Assembly: GCA_043228905.1 (NCBI GenBank)
Contig: JBHGNT010000074.1
Span: forward strand, 1-64,000
DNA from: Azolla caroliniana
Taxonomy: Eukaryota; Plantae; Polypodiophyta
Length of the DNA stretch: 64,000 nucleotides
Reading direction: 5' to 3'
A program made the position numbers and the translations under genes. Shown here one piece after another: positions 54,901-64,000 of the stretch (the first letter of the stretch is position 1; every line of letters begins with the position of its first letter). Below the pieces are notes generated by a model. It searched no databases, was not told where the DNA came from, and was given only the letters and a program-made list of their open reading frames with translations.

Positions 54901-55060
54901 CGAATCGAAGCTAACAACGCTATCTATGAATTTGAATTAAAAAATCAAGATTTTGAAAATCAAGATTTTGAAAATCAAGTCGATAGACATGAAGAAATTC
55001 GCAAGTTAGAGGAGGGCGTTGAGAAGAGCCCGTGAGTAATTTAAAATGTTCATACCTGGC
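42905..55060 (+). repeat. Domain 4: 30-mer/29-mer HOR (5341 and 5162 bp), about 2.3 copies
   Basis: tatttagtgttcaaagattcgaatcc at 43311, 48652, 53814; aggactt at 44251, 49592, 54754; ORFs 45035/50376. Confidence 0.92.
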
Positions 55061-58000
55061 CCATGTGATATCGGATTTTAGTGTTCAAAGATGCGAATCG
55101 AAGCTAACAACGCTAGCTCTGATATGGATTTAAAAAATCAAGATTTTGATCCTCAGATCGAGAGACATGAAGAAATGCTCAAGTTAGAGGAGGGAGTTGA
55201 GAAGAGCCCGGGAGTAAATTAAAATGTTCATACCTGGCTCGGGTGATCCCGGATTTTTGCGTTCAAAGATGCGAATCGAAGCTAACGACACTAGCTATGA
55301 TATGGAATTAAAAAATGTAGATTTTAAATCTCAAGTCGAGAGACATGAAGAAATTACCAAATTTGAGGAGGGAGTTGAGAAGAGCGGGTCAGTATATTAA
55401 AATCTTCATACCTGGCCCATGTGATATCGGATTTTAGTGTTCAAAGATGCTAATGGAAGGTAACAACACTAGCTATGATATGGAATTAAAAAATCAAGAT
55501 CTTGAAACTCATGTCGAGAGATATGAAGAAATGCTCAAGTTAGAGGAGGGAGTTGAGAAGAGCCCGTGAGTAAATTAAAATGTTCATACCTGGCCCATGT
55601 GATATCGGATTTTTGTGTTCAAAGATGCGAATCGAAGCTAACCACACTAGCTATGATATGGAATTAAAAAATGTAGATTTTAAAACTCAAGTCGAGAGAC
55701 ATGAAGAAATGCAAAAGTTAGAGGAGGGAGTTGAGAAGAGCCCATGAGTAAATTAAAATGTTCGTACCTGGCCCATGTGATATCGGATTTTAGTGTTCAA
55801 ACATACGAATCGAACCTAACAATGCTAGCTCTGATATGGAATTAAAAAATGTAGATTTTAAAACTCAAGTCGAGAGACATGAAGAAATTCAAAAGTTAGA
55901 GGAGGGAGTTGAGAAGAGCCCATGAGTAAATTAAAATGTTCATACCTGGCCCATGTGATATCGGATTTCAGTGTTCAAAGATGCGAATCGAAGGTAACAA
56001 CGCTAGCTCTGAAAAGGACTTAAAAAATCAAGATTTTGAAACTCAGATCGATAGACATGAAGAAATTACCAAATTAGAGAAGGGAGGTGAGTAGAGCGCG
56101 TCAGTATATTAAAATGTTCATACCTGGCCTATGTGATATCGGATTTTAGTGTTCAAAGATGTGAATCGAAGCTAACAACGCTATCTATGAATTTGAATTA
56201 AAAAATCAAGATTTTGAAAATCAAGTCGATAGACATGAAGAAATTCGCAAGTTAGAGCAGGGAGTTGAGAAGAGCCCGTGAGTAAATTAAAATGTTCATA
56301 CCTGGCCCATGTGATATCGGATTTTAGTGTTCAAAGATGCGAATCGAAGGGAACAACGCTAGCTCTGATATGGAATTAAAAAATCAAGATTTTGAAACTC
56401 AGATCGACAAACATGAAGAAATTACCAAATTAGAGGAGGGAGTTGAGAAGAGCGCGTCAGTATATTAAAATCTTCATACCTGGCCCATGTGATATCGGAT
56501 TTTAGTGTTCAAAGATGCAAATTGAAGCAAACAACGCTATCTATGAATTTGAATTAAAAAATCAAGATTTTGAAACTCAAGTCGATATACCTGAAGAAAT
56601 TACCAAATTTGAGGAGGGAGTTGAGAAGAGATCGTGAGTAAAGTAAAATGTTCATACCTGGCCCATGTGATATCGGATTTTAGTGTTCAAAGATGCGAAT
56701 CGAAGCTAACAACGTTAGCTCTGATATGGAATTAAAAAATGTAAATTTTAAAACTCAAGTTAGAGGAGGGAGTTAAGAAGAGCCGGTCAGTAAATTAAAA
56801 TGTTCATACCTGGCTCGGGTGATACCGGATTTTTGTGTTCAACGATGCGAATCGAAGCTAACAACACTAGCTATTATATGGAATTAAAAAATCAAGATTT
56901 TGAAACTCAAGTTCAGAGACATGACGAAATTCGCAGGTTAGAGGAGGGAGTTGAGACGAGCCCATGAGTAAATTAAAATTTTCATACCTGGCCCATGTGA
57001 TATCGGATTTTAGTGTTCAAAGATGCGAATCGAAGGTAACAACCCTAGCTCTGATATGAAATTAAAAAATCAAGATTTTGAAACTCAGATCGACAGACAT
57101 GAAGAAATTACCAAATTAGAGGAGGGAGTTGAGAATAGCGCGTCAGTATATTAAAATGTTCATACCTTGTCCATGTGATATCGGATTTTAGTGTTCAAAC
57201 ATGCGAATCGAAGCTAATAACGCTACCTATAATATGGAATTAAAAAATGAGGATTTTAAAACTCAGATCGACAGACATGAAGAAATTACCAAATTTGAGG
57301 AGGGAGTTGAGAAGAGCGCGTCAGTATATTAAAATCTTCATACCTGGTCCATGTGATATCGGATTTTAGTGTTCAAACATGCGAATCGAAGGTAACAACA
57401 CTAGCTATGATATGGAATTAAAAAATCAAGATCTTGAAACTCATGTCGAGAGACATGAAGAAATGCTCAAGTTAGAGGAGGGAGTTGAGAAGAGCCCGTG
57501 AGTAAATTAAAATGTTCATACCTGGCCCATGTGATATCGGATTTTTGTGTTCAAAGATGCGAATCGAAGCTAACAACACTAGCTATGATATAAAATTAAA
57601 AAATCAAGATTTTGAAACTCAAGTCGAGAGACATGATGAAATTCGCAAGTTAGACGAGGGAGTTGAGAAGAGCCCGTGAGTAAATTAAAATGTTCATACC
57701 TGGCCCATGTGATATCGGAATTTAGTGTTCAAAGATGCGAATCGAAGGTAACAACGCTAGCTCTGATATGGAATTAAAAAATCAAGATTTTGATACTCAG
57801 ATCGAGAGACATGAAGAAATTAACAAATTTGAGGAGGGAGTTGAGAAGAGCGGGTCATTAAATTAAAATGTTCATACCTGGCTCGGGTGATCCCGGATTT
57901 TTGCGTTCAAAGATGCGAATCGATGCTAACGACACTAGCTATGATATGGAATTAAAAAATCAAGATTTTGAAACTCAAGTCGAGAGACATGAAGAAATTC

Positions 58001-58790
58001 GCAAGTTAGAGGAGGGAGTTGAGAAGAGCCCGTGAGTAAATTAAAATGTTCATATCTGGCCCATGTGATATCGGATATTTGTGTTCAAAGATGTGAATCG
58101 AAGGTAACAACACTAGATATGATATGGAATTAAGAAATCAAGATTTGGATACTCAGGTCGACAGACATGAAGATATTACCAAATTTGAGGAGGGAGTTTA
58201 GAAGAGATCGTGAGTAAATTAAAATGTTCATACCTGGCCCATGTGATATCGGATTTTAGTGTTCAAAGATGCGAATCGAAGGTAACAACCCTAGCTCTGA
58301 TATGGAATTAAAAAATCAAGATTTTGAAACTCAAGTCGATAGACATGAAGAAATTCGCAAGTTAGAGGAGGGAGTTGAGAAGAGCCCATGAGTAATTTAA
58401 AATGTTCATACCTGGCCCATGTGATATCGGATTTTAGTGTTCAAACATGCGAATCGAAGCTAACAACTCTAGCTCTGATATGGAATTGAAAAATCATGAT
58501 TTTGATACTCAGATCGAGAGACATGAAGAAATTGGCAAGTTAGAGTAGGGAGTTGAGAAGAGCCCGTGAGTAATTTAAAATATTCATACTTGGCCCATGT
58601 GATATCGGATTTTAGTGTTCAAACATGCGAATCGAAGGTAACAATGCTAGCTCTGATATGGAATTGGAAAATCAAGATTTTGATACTCAAATCGAGAGAC
58701 ATGAAGAAATTACCAAATTTGAGGAGGGAGTTGAGAAGAGCGGGTCAGTAAATTAAAATCTTCATACCTGGCCCATGTGATATCGGATTT
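55060..58790 (+). repeat. Degenerate zone of the main satellite subfamily, with HOR order lost
   Basis: Many singleton substitutions (gatcctcag, gctaatgg, gagcaggg, gacgagccc, ttggatactc) and a 26-bp deletion; no multi-kb block repeated. Confidence 0.75.
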
Positions 58791-61700
58791 TGAAACTTAG
58801 ATCGACACACCTGAAGAAATTAACAACGGTACCTATGATTTTAAGTTGAAAAATTATAATTTTGAAACTCAGGTCGAGAGACATGACGAAATTAGCAAAT
58901 TTGAGGAGGTAGTGGAGAAGAGCGCGTGAGTAAATTAAAATGTTCATACCTGGCTCGTGTGAAATCGGATTTTTGTGTTCAAACATGCGAATCGAAGCTA
59001 ACAACGCTAGCTATGATATGTAAATAAAAAATCAAGATTTCGAAACTCAGGTCGAGAGATATGAACAAAATTAGCAAACTTGAGGAGGGAGTTGAGAAGA
59101 GCCGTTGAGCAAATTAAAATGTTCATACCTGGCTCGTGTGATATCGGATTTCTGTGTTCAAACATGCCAAACGAAGCTAACAATGCTAGCTATGATATGG
59201 AATTAAAAAACCAAGATTTTGAAACTCAGGTCGAGAGACTTGACGAAATTAGCAAATTTGAGGAGAGAGTTGAGAACTGCCCTTGAGCAAATTAAAATGT
59301 TCATACCTGGCTCGTGTGATATCGGATTTCTGTGTTCAAACATGCAAAACGAAGGTAACAACGCTAGCCTTTATATGGAATTAAGAAACCAAGATTTTGA
59401 AACTCAGGTCGAGAGACATGACGAAATTAGCAAATTTGAGGAGGGAGTGGAGAAGAGTGCATGAGCAAATTAAAATGTTCATACCTGGCTCGTGTGATAT
59501 CGGAGTTCTGTGTTCAAACAAGCGAATCAAAGCTAACAACGCTAGCTATGATATGGAATTAAAAAACCAAGATTTTGAAACTCAGGTCGAGAGACATGAA
59601 CAAAATTAGCAAACTTGAGGAGGGAGTTGAGAAGAGCCCTTGAGCAAATTAAAATGTTCATACCTGGCTTGTGTGATATCGGATTTTTGTGTTCAAACAT
59701 GCGAATCGAAGATAACAACGCAAGGTATGATATGAAATTAAAAAACCAAGATTTTGAAACTCAGGTCGGGAGACATGACGAAATTAGCATATTTGAGGAG
59801 GTAGTGGAGAAGAGCGCGTAAGTAAATTAAAATGTTCATACCTGGCTCGTGTGATAACGGATTTTGGTGTTCAAACATGCGAATCGAAGTTAACAACGCT
59901 AGCTATGATATGGAAATAAAAAATGAAGACTCTTAAACTCAGGTCGAGAGACATACACAGAATTAGCAAACTTGAGGAGGGAGTTTAGAAGAGCCCTTGA
60001 GAAAATTAAAATGTTCATACGTGGCTCGTGTGATATCGGATTTTTGTGTTCAAACATGCGAATCGAAGCTAACAACGCTAGCTATGATATGGAATTAAAA
60101 AACCAATATTTTGAAACTAAAGTCGAGAGACATGACGAAATTAGCATATTTGAGGAGGTAGTGGAGAAGAGCGCGTGAGTAAATTAAAATGTTCATACTT
60201 GGCTCGTGTGATATCGGATTTCTGTGTTCAAACAAGCGAATCGAAGCTAACAACGCTAGCTATGATATGGAATTAAAAAACCAAGATTTTGAAACTCAGG
60301 TTGAGAGACATGAACAAAATTAGCAAACTTGAGGAGGGAGTTGAGAAGAGCCCTTGAGAAAATTAAAATGTTCATACCTGGCTGATGTGATATCAGATTT
60401 TTGTGTTCAAACTTGCGAATCAAAGCTAACAACGGTAGCTATGATATGGAATTAAAAAATAAAGATTTTGATACTTAGGTCGAGAGATATGAACAAAATT
60501 AGCAAACTTGAGGAGGGAGTTTAGAAGAGCCCTTCAGAAAATTAAAATATTCATACCTGGGTCGTGTGATAACGGATTTCTGTATTCAAACATGCGAATC
60601 GAAGCTAACAACGCTAGCTATGATATGGAATTAAAAAACCGAGATTTTGAAACTCAGGTCGAGAGATATGAAAAAATTAGCAAATTTTAGGAGGGAGTGG
60701 AGAAGAGCCCTTGATCAAATTAAAATGTTCATAGCTGGCTGGTGTGATATCTGATTTTTGTGTGCAAACATGCGAATCGAAGCTAACAACGCTAGCTATA
60801 ATATGTAACGAAAAAATCAAGATTTCGAAGCTCAGGTCAATAGACATGAACAAAATTAGCAAACTTGAGGAGGGAGTTTAGAAGAGCCCTTGAGCAAATT
60901 AAAATGTTCATACCTGGCTCGTGTGATAACGGATTTCTGTGTTGAAACATGCGAATCGAAGCTAACAACGCTAGCTATGATATGGAATTAAAAAACCAAG
61001 ATTTTGAAACTCAGGTCGAGAGACATAAACAAAATTAGCAAACTTGAGGAGGGAGTTGAGAAGAGCCCTTGAGCAAATTAAAATGTTCATACCTGGCTCG
61101 TGTGATATCGGATTTCTGTGTTCAAACATGCGAATCGAAGCTAACAACGCTAGCTATGATATGGAATTAAAAAACCAAGATTTAGAAACTCAGGTCGAGA
61201 GATATGAAAAAATTAGCAAATTTTAGGAGGGAGTGGAGAAGAGCCATTGATCAAATTAAAATGTTCATAGCTGGCTGGTGTGATATCTGATTTTTGTGTT
61301 CAAACATACAAATCGAAGCTAACAACGCTAGCTATAATATGTAACTAAAAAATCAAGATTTCGAAACTCAGGTCGAGAGACATGAACAAAATTAGCAAAC
61401 TTGAGGAGGGAGTTGAGATGAGTCCTTTAGCAAATTAAAATGTTCATACCTGGCTCGTGTGATATCGGATTTCTGTGTTCAAACATGCGAAACGAAGCTA
61501 ATAACGCTAATTATGATATGAAATTAAAAAACCGAGATTTTGAAACTCAGGTCGAGAGATATGAAAAAATTAGCAAATTTTAGGAGGGAGTGGAGAAGAG
61601 CCCTTGATCAAATTAAAATGTTCATAGCTGGTTGGTGTGATATCGGATTTTTGTGTTCAAACATGCGAATCGAAGCTAACAACGCTAGCTATGATATGTA

Positions 61701-63377
61701 ACTAAAAAGTAAAGATTTCGAAGCTCAGGTCGAGAGACATGAACAAAATTAGCAAACTTGAGGAGGGAGTTGAGAAGAGTCCTTCAACAAATTAAAATGT
61801 TCATACCTGGCTCGTGTGATATCGGATTTCTGTGTTCAAACAAGCGAATCGAAGCTAACAACGCTAGCTATGATATGGAATTAAAAAACCAAGATTTTGA
61901 AACTTAGGTCGAGAGACATGAATAAAACTAGCAAATTTGAGGAGGGAGGTGAGAAGGTCCCGTGAGTAAATTAAAATGTTCATACCTGGCTACTGTATTA
62001 TCGGATTTCAATGTTCAAACATTGGAATCGAAGCTAACAACGCTAGCTATGACATGGAATTAAAAAATCCAGATGTTGAAACTTAGGTCGAGAGACATGA
62101 TGAAATTAGCAAATTTGAGGAGGGAGTTGAGAAGATCCTAAGAGTAAATTAAAATGTTCATATCTGGCTCGTGTGATATCGGACTTTTGTTTTCAAATAT
62201 GCGTATCGAAGCTAACAACGCTATCTATGATATGGAATTGAAAAATTAAGATTTTGAAACTCAGGTAGAGAGACATGAAGAAATTAGCAAATTTGAGGAG
62301 GGACTTGAAAAGAGCCCGTGAGTAGATTAAAATGTTCATACCTGGCTCGTGTGATATCGGACTTTTGTGTTAAAACCTGCGAATCGAACCTAACAATGCT
62401 AGTTATCGAAGCTAACAACGCTAGCTATGACATGGAATTAAAAAATCGAGATGTTGTAACTCAGGTCGAGAGACATGAAGAAATTAGCAAATTTGAGGAG
62501 GGAGGTGAGAAGGGCCTATGTGTAAATTAAAATGTTCATACCTGGCTGCTGTGATATCGGATTTATATGTTCAAACATTGGAATCGAAGCTAACAACGCT
62601 AGCTATGACATGGAATTAAAAAATCGAGATTTTTAAACTCAGGTCGAGAGACATGAAGAGATTAGCAAATTTGAGAAGGGAGTTGAGAACTGCTCGTGTG
62701 TAAATTAAAATGTTCATACCTGGCTCGTGTGATATCTGATTTATATGTTCAAACACTGGAATCGAAGCTAACAACGCTAGCTATGACATGAAATTAAAAA
62801 ATCGAGATTTTGAAATTCAGGTCGAGAGACATGAAGAAATTAGCAAATTTAAGGAGGGAGGTGAGAAGGTCCCATGGGTAAATTAAAATGTTCATACCTG
62901 GCTGTTGTATTATCGGATTTCAATGTTCAAACATTGGAATCGAAGCTAACAACGCTAGCTATGACATGGAATTAAAAAATCGAGATGTTGAAACTCAGGT
63001 CGAGATACATGATGAAATTAGCAAATTTGAGGAGGGAGTTGAGAAGATCCTATGAGTAAATTAAAATGTTCATATCTGGCTCGTGTGATATCGGTCTTTT
63101 GTGTTCAAAGATGCGAATCGAAGCTAACAACACTAGCTATGGTATGGAATTAAAAAATGTAGATTTTAAAACTGAAGTCGAGAGACATGAAGAAATTAGC
63201 AAATTTGAGGAGGGACTTGAAAAGAGCCCGTGAGTAGATTAAAATGTTCATACCTGGCTCGTGTGATATCGGATTTTTATGTTCAAACATGCGGATCGAA
63301 GCTAACAACGCTAGCTATGATATGGAATTAAAAAATAAAGATTTTGAAACTTAGATCTAAAGAAATGAAGAAATTCC
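58790..63377 (+). repeat. Island of a distinct, more diverged satellite subfamily (178/179-bp monomers)
   Basis: Near-fixed diagnostic variants absent or rare elsewhere: caggtcgaga, attagcaaa, ggctcgtgtg, caaacatgcg, aaaaaccaag, ccttgagcaaa, and the 1-bp-longer gaacaaaattagcaaacttg. From about 61930 a further variant set appears (cattggaatcg, gacatgg, ggaggtgagaaggtccc). Confidence 0.92.
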
Positions 63378-64000
63378 GAGAAGAGCCCGTCAGTACATTA
63401 AAATGTTCATACCTGGCCCATGTGATATCGGATTTTTGTGTTCAAAGATGCGAATCGAAGGCAACAACGCTAGCTCTGATATGGAATTAAAAAATCAAGA
63501 TTTTGAAACTCAGATTGACAGACATGAAGAAATTACCAAAATAGAGGGGGGAGTTGAGAAGAGCGCGTCAGTATATTAAAATGTTCATACCTGGCCCATG
63601 TGATATCGGATTTGAGTGTTCAAACATGCGAATCGAAGCTAATAACGCTACCTATGACATGGATTTAAAAAATCAAGATTTTCAAACTCAGATCGACAGA
63701 CATGAAGGAATTACCAAATTTGAGGAGGGAGTTGAGAAGAGCGCGTCCGTATATGAAAATGTTCCTACCTGGCTCGGATGATCTCGGATTTTTGTGTTGA
63801 AAGATGCGAATCGAAACTAACTACACTAGCTATGATATGGAGTTAAAAAATTAAGATTTTGAAACTCAAGTCGAGAGACATGAAGAAATTTGCAAGTTAG
63901 AGGAGGGAGTTGAGAAGAGCCCGTGAGTAAATTAAAATGTTCATACCTGGCCCATGTGATATCGGATTTTAGTGTTCAAAGATGCGAATCGAAGGTAACA
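63378..64000 (+). repeat. Return to main-subfamily monomers (moderately diverged)
   Basis: ggcccatgtg, caaagatgcg, attaccaaa, cagatcgac and caagttagag reappear; the island markers attagcaaa and caggtc disappear. Confidence 0.85.

Larger units (their letters stand above)
1..64000 (+). repeat. Tandem satellite DNA array, 178-bp monomer (about 360 copies, single orientation), likely centromeric/pericentromeric
   Basis: Motifs such as gaggagggagttgagaagagc, ttcatacctggcccatgtgatatcgg and gatgcgaatcgaag recur every 177-179 bp from base 1 to 64000. ORF-track starts differ by multiples of 178 (6784/7140/7852; 29317/30029/31809). The centromeric role is inferred from the nucleosome-sized monomer plus HORs. 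Confidence 0.98.

Noticed and set aside
58762-60862. Two minus-strand ORFs (58762-59004, 60677-60862) suggesting an inversion or inserted gene
   Set aside because: The underlying DNA is plus-orientation satellite; the ORFs are chance antisense frames in diverged monomers.
4473-63781. About 50 short ORFs (60-111 aa; MKRARQY..., MISDFSVQ..., MRRELRR...) that look like a peptide gene family
   Set aside because: They are translations of the monomer in different frames (178 is not a multiple of 3). Most start at TTG/GTG, exist only where a substitution removes a stop, and show no recognisable domain or frame-preserving constraint.
1-64000. CRISPR-like array or diversity cassette system (conserved motifs alternating with variable patches)
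   Set aside because: There are no unique spacers: the intervening sequence is homologous in every unit and differs only by substitutions. No cas, recombinase or reverse transcriptase genes are present.
1-64000. Identification as Arabidopsis CEN178, alpha satellite, 5S rDNA or a tRNA-derived repeat
   Set aside because: Only the length matches CEN178. I see no similarity to those consensuses as I recall them, and no 5S, tRNA or CENP-B box motif. A database search is needed for a name.

Overview
The whole 64 kb window is one uninterrupted head-to-tail tandem satellite array of about 360 monomers of 178 bp (variants 177/179 bp; about 36-37% GC), all in the same orientation. Approximate consensus: attaaaatgttcatacctggcccatgtgatatcggattttagtgttcaaagatgcgaatcgaagctaacaacactagctatgatatggaattaaaaaatcaagattttgaaactcagatcgacagacatgaagaaattaccaaatttgaggagggagttgagaagagcgcgtcagtat. 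Monomer size and organisation point to a eukaryotic, probably plant, centromeric or pericentromeric satellite. I cannot name the family or species; it is not Arabidopsis CEN178 as I recall that consensus. I found no genes, RNA genes, transposons, inversions or CRISPR arrays, and every ORF in the track is a translation of the monomer. The interest is architectural. (i) A 1067-bp 6-mer higher-order repeat (HOR), itself a diverged dimer of trimers, dominates about 1-22.4 kb and 33.7-42.9 kb. (ii) A second set of monomer variants forms 4-mer, 10-mer and 29/30-mer HORs at about 22.4-33.7 kb and 42.9-55 kb. (iii) A degenerate zone at 55-58.8 kb leads to a 4.6-kb island of a distinct, diverged subfamily at 58.8-63.4 kb whose two borders are both rearranged monomers. 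(iv) Several microhomology-bounded deletions, duplications and two-step template-switch junctions occur, one of them copied in a pattern that requires recombination or gene conversion. All coordinates were read by eye and domain borders are approximate.
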